DNA of 64,000 nt from Candidatus Eiseniibacteriota bacterium (GCA_963762255.1 CAVXKA010000001.1:928001-992000), one strand, 5' to 3'. Numbered from the stretch's first letter, positions 45,276-54,906 are shown. Numbers and translations are program-made. Notes: generated by a model not told the origin, from the sequence alone.

Positions 45276-45698
45276 ATGCGACGGTGGAATGGAATCGTTC
45301 GGGGGGCGACATTTCTGGCAATGGCCTTTCTGGGGGGTGTGGCCGGCTCCTGGCTCCTCAGCCCCCAGGCGCCCGCGGCGGGCGTCGTGGAGCTCGGTGA
45401 CGGGCGGGACAAGCCCGGCATCGCGGCGACGTTCGGGGTGGGTGGAGTGATGACCTGGGAAGGCGACCTTTGGCAGTACCGTCCCGACAAGCAGAAGTGG
45501 ATGACTCTGGACGAGTCCTTCGCCCTCGAGGGGCAAGCCACCAAGGTCGTGCCCCTTCCGGTGTCGCCCGAGAACATTCGCCGGATGGAGACGTTCGGCT
45601 TCCTGGTGACCAAGACCGACGACTGCTGGCTCTACAACATCGAGCAGCAGCGCTGGGAGCCGATCGGGAAACCCCCGTTCCACGCTCGGACCCGCTGA
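45276..45698 (+). CDS. Hypothetical exported/membrane-anchored protein
   Basis: SD GGAGG; N-terminal hydrophobic segment; two Trp-containing beta-hairpin-like repeats (LWQYRPDKQKW / CWLYNIEQQRW). Confidence 0.7.
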   Translation: MRRWNGIVRGATFLAMAFLGGVAGSWLLSPQAPAAGVVELGDGRDKPGIAATFGVGGVMTWEGDLWQYRPDKQKWMTLDESFALEGQATKVVPLPVSPENIRRMETFGFLVTKTDDCWLYNIEQQRWEPIGKPPFHARTR

Positions 45699-45839
45699 TC
45701 CCGGGAGGGGTCGCGCACCCGCCGGGCGTGAGTCGCATCCGCGGGCGTGGCGGGAGATGGGGTATACTGAAATCGGGGTTTTCTCCCCGAGCATTTGCGG
45801 AAGGTTGGGGCCGATCCCACGATCCGTGGAGGTGACGTC

Positions 45840-46883
45840 ATGAAACGATGGACTTGGGGGCTCGCATTCGGCGTCGTTCTCGCCTTGGCGGGATCCGCAT
45901 GGGCGGTGACCACCGAGGATGTGATCGGTCTGACTCGAGCCGGCGCCAGCGACACCATCATTCTCTCCAAGATCGAAGCCGACGGCACAGTCTTCCATCT
46001 CACCGTCGACGAGATCCTCGACCTCAAGAAGGCCGGCGTGAGCGACCCGGTGATCACGTACATGATCAACACCGGCAAGGGCGACCGCGAGGAACCGGCG
46101 GCCGTCGCTGAGGATGAGGGGAGTTCTGCGGTCTTTGGCGAGCAGGAGAGCTACACCACCGAGGACTCGGATCGCTACTCGACCGGTCTCGATAGTCAGT
46201 ATCGCGGCACGACCACCGTGGCGTTTGCCTACTACTATCCGAACTGGCCGGGCTACAGGTGGTCCTACTACTACGACCCGTTCTGGTGGCCCGATCTCGC
46301 GTACTACTTCACCTACTGGCAACCCTACCCCTACGGGTACTGGTACTACGACCCTTGGTACCGCTGCCACGCGCGGAGCGACTGGTACTGGGGCCACGGT
46401 CAATACGACTACTACGCGTACGCGCATCACGACAGCCACGAGCGATACAAGAAGGGGCGCAGCGTGGGAAGCCGCGGTGCGGCGGAGGGATACGAGCGCT
46501 CGACGAAGGACCGATCGGTCGCGCGGCCTTCCTATGACGCGAGCCGGCGCGAGCTGCGGCCTACCCCGGCGACCGGTGAGACGATCCGTCAGGTGAAACC
46601 CAGCCGCCCGGGCGCCGAGAGCACGCGCGACCTGCGCCAGCCTCGTCGGCCAAGCCCTCCGACCGGCAAGGTCGACTCGCCGAAACCGACCCCGGGCCGC
46701 GAGTTGAAGCCGACGCCGCAACAGAGCGACCAGCGCCAGGCTCGGCCGGGAGCGGACGGCGGGCGCACGATGAAACCTACGCCGGCACCGAGCGTGCGCC
46801 CTCAGCCCTCGGCGCGACCGGCCCCGACGGCGCGACCCGCACCCGGCAACACCCGGGAAGAATCGCGGGCCCGCAAGCACTGA
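45840..46883 (+). CDS. Secreted protein with a Tyr/Trp-rich segment and a Pro/Arg-rich tail
   Basis: SD GGAGGTG, signal peptide (AWA), helical repeat 'EDVIGLTRAGASD...ILDLKKAGVSD'. Confidence 0.8.
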   Translation: MKRWTWGLAFGVVLALAGSAWAVTTEDVIGLTRAGASDTIILSKIEADGTVFHLTVDEILDLKKAGVSDPVITYMINTGKGDREEPAAVAEDEGSSAVFGEQESYTTEDSDRYSTGLDSQYRGTTTVAFAYYYPNWPGYRWSYYYDPFWWPDLAYYFTYWQPYPYGYWYYDPWYRCHARSDWYWGHGQYDYYAYAHHDSHERYKKGRSVGSRGAAEGYERSTKDRSVARPSYDASRRELRPTPATGETIRQVKPSRPGAESTRDLRQPRRPSPPTGKVDSPKPTPGRELKPTPQQSDQRQARPGADGGRTMKPTPAPSVRPQPSARPAPTARPAPGNTREESRARKH

Positions 46884-47011
46884 GCTGACCGAGGCACCGC
46901 CCGCGAGTGACCCGCGGGCGATTCAGATTCACGAAGCCGATCGGAAACACTTCCGATCGGCCTCGTCTTAGGGGCGCGGCGGGAGGAGTGCAGGCCTTCA
47001 TGGAGGGGGAG

Positions 47012-47809
47012 ATGAACCAGGAACTCGGCGTCGGTGCCGAGGCGCTACGGTTGAGCGCGGTGGTACCCGTCTACAACGAACGGGAAAACGTCGTCCCGCT
47101 CGTCGAGGAACTCGCCGCTGAATTGAAGCGCATCGGAGCCCCGTTCGAGATTCTCCTCATCGACGACGGGAGCACGGATGGTTCCGGGGAGATTCTCGAT
47201 CGCATTGCGGGTTCGACCCCGCATGTCCGAGCGCTCCATCTCGAGCGCAATCGGGGCCAGAGTGCTGCCACCGCGGCCGGGTTCGAAGCCGCCCGGGGTG
47301 ATTACATTGTGACGTTGGACGCGGACCGGCAGAACGACCCCGGCGACATCTCGAGGCTTCTGGAGTGGATCCCCCAATACGACATGGTGGCGGGATACCG
47401 GCGCGAGCGGCGCGATTCCTGGTTGCGGCGCGCCAGCAGCGTGGTCGCCAATCGGGTGCGAGGCCGAGTCCTCGGTGACGGCATCCGCGACACGGGCTGT
47501 TCGCTCAAGCTCTTCCGCCGCGATCTCACGCCGCGCATGCCCCGATTCAATGGTCTGCACCGATTCCTGCCGCTGCTGGTGCAACTGCAGGGAGGAACCG
47601 TGACCCAGATCCCGGTGAACCACCGCGCGCGGATCGCTGGGACTTCCAAGTACGGGGTGCGCAACCGGCTCTTTCGCGGCCTCTTCGACTTGATCGGGAT
47701 GACGTGGCTCAAGCGCCGCTACGTGAAGTACGCCGTGAGCTATGAAATGCCGAGCCGTACGCGGTCCTCGCCTCAGGAGCAACCCCGCGCCAGGGAGGAG
47801 AAATCGTGA
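47012..47809 (+). CDS. GT2 glycosyltransferase (polyprenyl-phosphate sugar transferase, DPM1/ArnC-like)
   Basis: VVPVYNE, DDGSTD, NRGQSAA, TLDADRQNDP, DTGCSLK, HRFLP, SKYG. Confidence 0.9.
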   Translation: MNQELGVGAEALRLSAVVPVYNERENVVPLVEELAAELKRIGAPFEILLIDDGSTDGSGEILDRIAGSTPHVRALHLERNRGQSAATAAGFEAARGDYIVTLDADRQNDPGDISRLLEWIPQYDMVAGYRRERRDSWLRRASSVVANRVRGRVLGDGIRDTGCSLKLFRRDLTPRMPRFNGLHRFLPLLVQLQGGTVTQIPVNHRARIAGTSKYGVRNRLFRGLFDLIGMTWLKRRYVKYAVSYEMPSRTRSSPQEQPRAREEKS

Positions 47810-48132
47810 GCCAATCGACGTTGTTCGGTGCCGTGGGACAATGGGTCGCATCCAACATCTGGCTGATCGTGGGGCTCCTCGGGCAGGCCTTCTTTGCCTC
47901 GCGCTTCCTCGTGCAATGGGTGGTCTCGGAGAGGAAGGGGGAGAGCGTCATCCCCGTGGTCTTCTGGGATCTGAGCATCCTTGGAGGCACCGTACTCCTG
48001 GTTTACGCCGTCTATCGCCGGGATCCCGTCTTCATCCTCGGGCAGGGGGCCGGGCTCATCGTCTACGTGCGCAACTTGATGCTCATCCGTCGCCAGCAGC
48101 GAGCCGAGGGACGCGCGGACATTCCCGCCTAG
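47806..48132 (+). CDS. Lipid-A-disaccharide synthase N-terminal (LAB_N) domain membrane protein
   Basis: GQAFFASRFLVQWVVSERKGESVIP, DPVFILGQ, YVRNL. Confidence 0.88.
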   Translation: MSQSTLFGAVGQWVASNIWLIVGLLGQAFFASRFLVQWVVSERKGESVIPVVFWDLSILGGTVLLVYAVYRRDPVFILGQGAGLIVYVRNLMLIRRQQRAEGRADIPA

Positions 48133-48481
48133 TCATGCACCGGTCGGCAGGGGGAAGCCGGTCCGGCGGGGATTGCCCCCGGCGATTCTTCCCCCGATCT
48201 GGCCCCTGGATTGCACTGCCAAGACCCCAGGTACCGATTCCGAGCCGCACTTCCTTCTGAGTCCGTCACTTGGGGGCCTCGGTGTGATTCCCTGGAGGCC
48301 GGGGTCGGCACTATGCGCGAGTGAGTCTCGCAGAATGCCCTGCCGCCGCGTCCGCAGGGGCTCGCAAAGCCGCATCTGGTATGATTACAGAGGTTTTCCC
48401 GCTACGGAGTCGGATCCTGGCCATCGGTCCCCGGCCGGCCTTCGTCCTCTGTCGCCGTCGCATCACGGAAAGGGCAAGCGC

Positions 48482-51400
48482 ATGTGCTCCGACTCGGTTC
48501 TCCATCCGCTCCTCCGCCGTCCGGGAGTCGTTCTGACCGGGCTGCTGCTGGGTGCGGTTCTCTTTGCCCTGGATGCCCGGGCGCAGATCACGCCTCCGGC
48601 TCCTGGCGTCGACCTACCCGAGGGGTATCGGGAGCGGATCGCGCAGGATCGAACCGCCTTCCAGTTCAAGCGAGCCTGGATCGCGGAGACCAGGCGCGTG
48701 CAGCACAACCGCCGGCTCCGGGATCTGGGCTTGCTCGGTCAGATAGAGGGGATCGAAGGCCTCAACGCTGCCAGCGGCATGCGAGTCGAGGGAACCCGCC
48801 GGGTTCCCGTTCTCGCGGGCAAATTCGCGAACACCCCCTCCGATCCTTACTCCCCGACACAACTTCAGAATCAGCTTTTTGACGGTCCGAACCCCACGGG
48901 TACCGTCACCGACTACTACGACGAGGTTTCCTACGGCTACATCAATCTCACCGGAAACGTGTATGGAGCGCAGGCGGGCGGGTTGTTCCAAGTAGCCAAC
49001 ATCGATACCTACTACGAGGGTCCCACCGGGTGCAACGGGGCGTGCGGCGACGCCAACACGGGGGAGTATCTGAAGGAGCTTCTCGACGGCGCCGACCCGT
49101 GGGTCGATTTCGCGCAATTCGACAACGACGGCCCCGACGGCATCGCGAACTCGGGGGATGATGACGGGTACGTGGATTTCGTTGCATTCGTTCACCCTGA
49201 GAAGGGGGGGGAATGTGGCGGCAACGACAACATCTGGTCGCACCGCTGGGTGTACGAGGGTTGGTGGGGCGACGCGTACATGACCTCCGACGCCTCCGCC
49301 AGCGGCGGGTTCGTCAAGGTAAGCGACTACACGATCCAGCCGCTCCTTGCCTGTGACGGAACAAGCCTTAACGCGATAGGCGTCTACGCCCACGAGTTCG
49401 GCCACGCGTTCGGACTGCCGGATCTCTACGATACGGACACATTGAACGGCACGTCCGCCGGCGTCGGACAGTGGTGTCTCATGGGCTCCGGATCGTGGGG
49501 CGGGGACGGCGCCCACCCGGCCACCCCCTCCCACATGTGCGCATGGTCCAAGGAAGCGCTGGGCTGGGTGGAACCGCACGTGGTGTGCGGGACCGAACTC
49601 GGGTTCCCATTGCCCGCGGTTGAGGATTCCGCAAGCGTTCTCAAGCTCTACCCCCACGGCACGGTGGATTCGGAGTACTTCCTTCTCGAGAACCGGGTGA
49701 AGACGAAGTACGACACCTATCTGCCCACGAGCGGCATTGCGGTCTGGCACATCGACAACACCATCTCCGGGAACGCGGACGAGAATCACAAACTGGTCGA
49801 TCTCGAGGAGGCCGACGGCCTCGCCGAAATGGACGCCGATACGAATCGCGGCAATGCCGGAGATCTGTATCCCGGCTCGACGAACAATCAGCTATTCAAC
49901 GACGTCACCAACCCTAACGCCAAGGACTATGCGGGAGTGAGCACCGGGGTCGTGGTCGGTCCGTTCGGTGCGACGATCGATCCGCGATCGTTGGACGTAT
50001 CGGCGACCGTGTGTCGGCTGGCAGTGGGTGACGTGGCGGTGAACGACCTGCCCTGGGGTAACAACAATGGAACCCTGGACGGCGACGAACGCGCCAATCT
50101 CCGAATCGGGCTGCGCAACGATTTCGACAGCGATGCGACCGGAGTGGTCGGAACTCTCACCAGCCTCACTTCCGGGGTCGTCGTGTTGCAGAACTCGGTG
50201 AGCTTTGGGACCGTCACCCTTGGCGTCCTCAACTATGGACTCTCCGAGTTCGAGATCGAGGCGACCGGCCCTCTGGCCAACGGGGCGCCGGTTCAATTCC
50301 AGCTCGATCTTCTGGCAGACGGTGGCTACGCCACGTCTCATGTGGTGGCGCTCAACGCGGGGACCTATGTCCTCCTGGTCGAAGACGACGGGGCCGCCGC
50401 GGTCAACACCGCGTACCAGAACGCCATCACGGCTGCCGGGTATGCCTGGGTGCGCCACGACACCGGCACGGCGGGGGTTCCCACGCTCGGACAGCTTGAG
50501 AGCGCAGTTGCAGTCGTCTGGTACACCGGCGACGAATATGACGCCACCTTCACGCCGGACGAGCAGTCCCTGATCCAGTCCTTCCTCTCAGGGGGCGGAT
50601 CCCTCTTCGTGACCGGGCAGGACATCGGGTACGATCTGGTGTCCGAAGGCAGTGCCGCGGACGTGTCGTTTTATCAGAACTACCTGCACGCGACGTTCGT
50701 CTCCGATACTTCGGGCGACAACACGTTGACCGGGGTGACCGGCGATCCGATCGGGAACGGGCTCTCGGTTACGCTCACCAATCTGCCCTCGGCGTCTTTC
50801 TGGCCCTCAGTCGTCACGGCCAGATCGGGAGCCAGCGACGTGATCCGGTACTCCGTGAGCCAGACCGGCGGAATCCGGTACGGCACGGGCCACAAGGCTG
50901 TCTACTTTGCCTTCAACTTCGAGGACATCAACTCGACGACTACCCAGAACACGGCCATGCTGCGGGTACTCACCTGGCTCCAGCCTGCCGACATCACACC
51001 GCCTACGATTGCATTGACCGCTCCGATCGGCGGGGAAAGCTTCGAGGCATGCGCGCCGGCCAACATCACCTGGACGGCCGGCGACAACGTGGCGGTGACC
51101 GGGGTAGACCTCTACTACTCCGACGACGGTGGCGCCACCTACCCGCATGTCATAGCCTCCGGACTCGCCAACAGCGGGACCTTCGTCTGGTACCCCGGCG
51201 GACTCCTGGGCACCGACTTCCGCGTGAAGGCGGTGGCGAGGGACGCGATGGCGCTTCAGGCGGTCGAATCCAGCGGCTCGAGCTTTGTATTCGTCTCCAC
51301 CGCGGCGCCACTGGCCCAGGTCGTGTCTCCCAACGGCGGAGAAGGCTACGCATTGAATGCTTCGGTGCCGGTGGTCTGGAGCATGGGCGATACCTGCGTG

Positions 51401-52219
51401 GGCGTCGATTCGACCCAGGTTCGCGTCTCGCTGGACGGCGGCGGGAGCTGGTCGTACGTGGTGACCGTGCCGGCTCCGGACACGACCGCAGTGTGGACGG
51501 CCCCGGGAACCCCGCAGGACTCCTGTCTCGTTCGGGTAGACGTCTTCTCACACGGTGGTGCCACTGCGGACGATGTCTCGGATGCGTTCTTCGCCGTGGG
51601 TGACGTGACGGTGCCGACGGTCACCGTCACTGCCCCCAACGGGGGCGAGACCTTCGTCGGCTTGGCCAACGTCCAGATCGATGCGACGGTGGGCGATGAC
51701 GTGGGCGTCGACTCGGTCTGTGTCGCCTACACGCTCGATGACGGGGCGACATGGGTCAGCGTTGCCTGCGGTGCGCTGAGTTTCCCGTATTCATGGATCG
51801 CTCCCGATGTGGTGAGCGATTCGTGCCGGGTTCGCGTCCAGGTGTGGGACGCCGTGCTCAACACCGCGGTTGACTCGAGCGATAGCCTGTTCAGCATCGC
51901 GTCCATTACGGCGGTGCCGCCCGGGTTGGCCGGGATTCGCCGTCCGGTTCTCCTGCAGAACTTCCCGAATCCCATGCGCGCATCGAGCACCCAGTTCGCT
52001 TTCTATCTGCCCGAGGAGATGTCCGTTTCGCTGCGCATCTATGACCTTTCCGGTCGCGCGGTGCGGACGGTGATGGCGGGCTCTGCCGCCGCCGGTTACC
52101 ACGAGCTGTCGTGGAACGGTGCCGACGACGGCGGTCGGCAAGTGGGCCATGGCATCTATTTCTATGTGCTGGAGACCCCCGGCAAGCGGGAGGCACGCAA
52201 ACTGGTCAAGGTGAACTGA
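48482..52219 (+). CDS. M6 family (immune inhibitor A-like) metalloprotease with Ig-like repeats and FlgD-Ig/CTD
   Basis: DYYDEVSYG, IWSH, HEFGHAFGLPDLYD, WCLMGSGSW, EYFLLENR; three P(N/I)GGE repeats; QNFPNP...IYDLSGR CTD. Confidence 0.92.
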   Translation: MCSDSVLHPLLRRPGVVLTGLLLGAVLFALDARAQITPPAPGVDLPEGYRERIAQDRTAFQFKRAWIAETRRVQHNRRLRDLGLLGQIEGIEGLNAASGMRVEGTRRVPVLAGKFANTPSDPYSPTQLQNQLFDGPNPTGTVTDYYDEVSYGYINLTGNVYGAQAGGLFQVANIDTYYEGPTGCNGACGDANTGEYLKELLDGADPWVDFAQFDNDGPDGIANSGDDDGYVDFVAFVHPEKGGECGGNDNIWSHRWVYEGWWGDAYMTSDASASGGFVKVSDYTIQPLLACDGTSLNAIGVYAHEFGHAFGLPDLYDTDTLNGTSAGVGQWCLMGSGSWGGDGAHPATPSHMCAWSKEALGWVEPHVVCGTELGFPLPAVEDSASVLKLYPHGTVDSEYFLLENRVKTKYDTYLPTSGIAVWHIDNTISGNADENHKLVDLEEADGLAEMDADTNRGNAGDLYPGSTNNQLFNDVTNPNAKDYAGVSTGVVVGPFGATIDPRSLDVSATVCRLAVGDVAVNDLPWGNNNGTLDGDERANLRIGLRNDFDSDATGVVGTLTSLTSGVVVLQNSVSFGTVTLGVLNYGLSEFEIEATGPLANGAPVQFQLDLLADGGYATSHVVALNAGTYVLLVEDDGAAAVNTAYQNAITAAGYAWVRHDTGTAGVPTLGQLESAVAVVWYTGDEYDATFTPDEQSLIQSFLSGGGSLFVTGQDIGYDLVSEGSAADVSFYQNYLHATFVSDTSGDNTLTGVTGDPIGNGLSVTLTNLPSASFWPSVVTARSGASDVIRYSVSQTGGIRYGTGHKAVYFAFNFEDINSTTTQNTAMLRVLTWLQPADITPPTIALTAPIGGESFEACAPANITWTAGDNVAVTGVDLYYSDDGGATYPHVIASGLANSGTFVWYPGGLLGTDFRVKAVARDAMALQAVESSGSSFVFVSTAAPLAQVVSPNGGEGYALNASVPVVWSMGDTCVGVDSTQVRVSLDGGGSWSYVVTVPAPDTTAVWTAPGTPQDSCLVRVDVFSHGGATADDVSDAFFAVGDVTVPTVTVTAPNGGETFVGLANVQIDATVGDDVGVDSVCVAYTLDDGATWVSVACGALSFPYSWIAPDVVSDSCRVRVQVWDAVLNTAVDSSDSLFSIASITAVPPGLAGIRRPVLLQNFPNPMRASSTQFAFYLPEEMSVSLRIYDLSGRAVRTVMAGSAAAGYHELSWNGADDGGRQVGHGIYFYVLETPGKREARKLVKVN

Positions 52220-52289
52220 TCGGCCTCCTCGTAGCGCGTGGCGGCAGGGCTTCCCTTCTTGTGCTCGGTGAGGCGAATGGGGGACTGGG

Positions 52290-53081
52290 ATGGATCTCGG
52301 ACTGAAGGGAAAGGTCGCGCTGGTGGCTGGTGCCTCGATGGGGATCGGCTACGCGATTGCGGAAGCGCTCGCCTTCGAGGGGGCGCGGGTGATCATCGCA
52401 TCGCGAAGTGAAGAGCGCATTCGTGAGGCTGCGCACCGGATTCAGCGGGCGACGGGGGGCGAAGCCCGCGGCATCGCTCTCGACGTGCGCGACCCCGACG
52501 CGGGCGCACGATTCGTCGAGGCGGCACATGAGGCCTTCGGGCCGGCGCTCATTCTCATCACCAACGCCGGGGGCCCGCCGCCAGGGCCCTTCGCCCGGTT
52601 CGACGTTCAGGACTTCGAAGAGGCGATGCGGCTCAATTTTCTCAGCGCGGTCGGCCTCACCAAGGCTGTGTTGCCTGACATGCAGTCGGCGCGCTGGGGG
52701 CGCATCGTGCACATCACGTCCTCTACCGTGCCCGAGCCCGCGGTGAAGCTCTTTCTCTCCTCCGCGGTGCGTCCCGCGGTGGCCGGATTCTCCAAAGCGC
52801 TGGCCACGGAAGTGGCCGCATCCGGCATCACGGTGAACATGGTATGTCCGGGTCTGATCGGGACCGCCCGGCTCCAGGAACTGGTCGAGCATCGTGCGCA
52901 TGAATCGGGGCTCACCCCGGCGGAAGAGCTCGAGGCCATGAGCCGTACGGTGCCGGTGGGGCGGATCGGTTTCCCCGGCGAACTTGCGGCAGCGGTGGCG
53001 TTTCTGACTTCCGAGCCGGCAGCCTACATCACCGGCACGGTGGTCCGGGTGGACGGTGGGCGGGTCTCGTCGCTTCTGTAA
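52290..53081 (+). CDS. SDR family oxidoreductase (atypical, 3-oxoacyl-ACP reductase-like)
   Basis: GASMGIG, NAGGPPPG, GITVNMVCPG, VDGG; SxxxR replaces YxxxK. Confidence 0.88.
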   Translation: MDLGLKGKVALVAGASMGIGYAIAEALAFEGARVIIASRSEERIREAAHRIQRATGGEARGIALDVRDPDAGARFVEAAHEAFGPALILITNAGGPPPGPFARFDVQDFEEAMRLNFLSAVGLTKAVLPDMQSARWGRIVHITSSTVPEPAVKLFLSSAVRPAVAGFSKALATEVAASGITVNMVCPGLIGTARLQELVEHRAHESGLTPAEELEAMSRTVPVGRIGFPGELAAAVAFLTSEPAAYITGTVVRVDGGRVSSLL

Positions 53082-53128
53082 CACATTTCATAACAATGTG
53101 TTACGATTCAATCGAACACCCTTCGATT
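53078..53128. promoter_or_regulatory. Two adjacent AT-rich inverted repeats (candidate operators or hairpins)
   Basis: GTAACACATT-N7-AATGTGTTAC (53078-53104) and AATCGAA-N5-TTCGATT (53110-53128). Confidence 0.45.
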
Positions 53129-53328
53129 CGGGCTGGTCCGGAATCCAGATCCGCTCGGAATACACCCATCTCACCGGCGGTACCCCACGGCATCCGGGGG
53201 GGTAGGGCTTCTTCGCTCTTTGGATCGGGATCTTTTTCCCCTATACTCCCGCGACGCCCCGGTCCTGGGGCGGCCTCCTTTCGAATTAGCGACTCTCCTT
53301 CCCCCACAATCCCATGGAGGATCCTCAC

Positions 53329-54000
53329 ATGCGTAATCTCCGCTGGCTGTTTGGAGCCGGACTCATCTTAGCTACCGCCGGCGCGGCCTGGGCGGGCGGC
53401 TCCGCTTGCCAGTCCGGCAAGGCATCTTCCGATAAGGCGTCGGTCAAGAACGCCTCCGCCTGTTCCGCTCAGCAAGTCGCCGCCGGTTGCTGCTCCAAGT
53501 CCGCCCAGGCCGCGCCGGCCGGGGCTTCGGGCTCCTGCAGTGCTTCGGCGAAGGCCTCGTGCTCCGCGTCTCAGCAGGCTGCATGTGCGGCCAAGGGTGA
53601 CATGGCCGGTTGCACGTTCTGCGGTTTCCGGTCGGATCTCGGTGCGAGTGCCGGCCACGTGAACTTCAGCACGATCGATACCCGGGACGGGGTCATCGTG
53701 GTGTTCGCGGCCGCCTCCAAGGAGGATGTGACTGCGGCCCAGGCGCTTGCCGCCAAGGCGTACGCGATGATGAGCGGCGGCCCCGCACAATGCGAAGTGA
53801 CCAAGGCCAAGATGGCCGACAAGAACTGCGTTGGGTGCAAGGCCGGCCTCGATGCCTTCACGAACGCAGACGTGAAGATGGAGAACACCGAAGAGGGCGC
53901 CCGCGCGGTCGTGGTCTCCGCGGACCGGAACAACGTCGCCAAGCTGCACGCTTTCTTCCAGAATCTGCAGGTCTCCGAGAAGACCGACGTCAAGGGCTGA
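53329..54000 (+). CDS. Cys-rich secreted protein
   Basis: SD GGAGG; signal peptide (AWA); 12 Cys including CC and two CxxC. Confidence 0.8.
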   Translation: MRNLRWLFGAGLILATAGAAWAGGSACQSGKASSDKASVKNASACSAQQVAAGCCSKSAQAAPAGASGSCSASAKASCSASQQAACAAKGDMAGCTFCGFRSDLGASAGHVNFSTIDTRDGVIVVFAAASKEDVTAAQALAAKAYAMMSGGPAQCEVTKAKMADKNCVGCKAGLDAFTNADVKMENTEEGARAVVVSADRNNVAKLHAFFQNLQVSEKTDVKG

Positions 54001-54007
54001 GCGGTCC

Positions 54008-54847
54008 TTGTCCGAGTTCGAAGCCCGGCGCCTTGTCCCGAGGCGCCGGGCTTTTTTGGGCCTGCGCGGCTGGTGGTTGAACGTTCTTCTCTTCGTACTT
54101 GCCTGCGCGACCACCACGCTCGTGGGCGGCCCCGCCTACGCCGCGGTTCTCATGGTGTTGCTTCTCTTTCATGAGATGGGGCACTACCTGCAGGCGCGGC
54201 GCTACCGCGTGCCTGTCACCCTCCCCTACTTCATTCCCGTGCCGCTCCCCCCTTTCGGCACCATGGGCGCCGTGATCCGCATGAATCAGATGGGGGTGGA
54301 CCGCGCGCGACTCTTCGACATTGGAGTGACCGGCCCCCTGGCCGGTCTGGTGGTGGCGATTCCTGCCACACTGTGGGGCCTGGCCCATTCGCAGGTGGTG
54401 GCAACCGAGGCTCTGCGCGGGAGCACCATTCAGTTGGGGGATTCCATCTTCTTCGCCGCGCTGTCGAGACTGGTGATAGGGCCCGTGCCGCCGGGCCAGG
54501 ACATCCTGCTGCACCCGGTGGCCTTCGCGGGTTGGGCGGGGCTCTTCGTCACCGCGCTCAACTTGCTTCCGGTCGGGCAGCTCGACGGCGGTCACGTCCT
54601 GTATGCGCTTCTGGGGCGGCGCAGTCACGCCGTGGCGCTGGTCGTAGCGGCGGCCTTTGCGCTCACTGCGATCCTGGTGAATCCGGGGTGGACCCTGATG
54701 GTGCTGGTCGTGATCCTGACCGGAATCCGACACCCGCCGACCGCGGATGACACCGTCCCGCTCGGCCGGACCCGGAGATGGATCGGAATCGCCGTGCTGG
54801 TGTTCTTCGTGCTCTCGTTTACCCCGGACCCGTTACGGATCAACTGA
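54008..54847 (+). CDS. Site-2 protease (M50) family
   Basis: HEMGH, PYFIP, FGTMGA, GPLAG, NLLPVGQLDGGH. Start uncertain. Confidence 0.9.
   Translation: MSEFEARRLVPRRRAFLGLRGWWLNVLLFVLACATTTLVGGPAYAAVLMVLLLFHEMGHYLQARRYRVPVTLPYFIPVPLPPFGTMGAVIRMNQMGVDRARLFDIGVTGPLAGLVVAIPATLWGLAHSQVVATEALRGSTIQLGDSIFFAALSRLVIGPVPPGQDILLHPVAFAGWAGLFVTALNLLPVGQLDGGHVLYALLGRRSHAVALVVAAAFALTAILVNPGWTLMVLVVILTGIRHPPTADDTVPLGRTRRWIGIAVLVFFVLSFTPDPLRIN
54021..54057 (+). terminator. Rho-independent terminator
   Basis: AAGCCCGGCGCCT...AGGCGCCGGGCTT followed by a T run. Confidence 0.8.
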
Positions 54848-54906
54848 GTCCGCGACGAAGTGGCGGTTCGGGGACCGCGAGCGCCGGACAGAGCGCTTCG
54901 AGCCGG

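Noticed and set aside
48148-48230. Cobalamin-riboswitch-like words (GGGAAGCCGGT...GCCCCCG...GCACTG...GCCAAGACC)
   Set aside because: The GTGnAAnTCC T-loop and CnACTGT elements are missing and the downstream gene is a protease. An Infernal scan with the Rfam cobalamin models would settle it.
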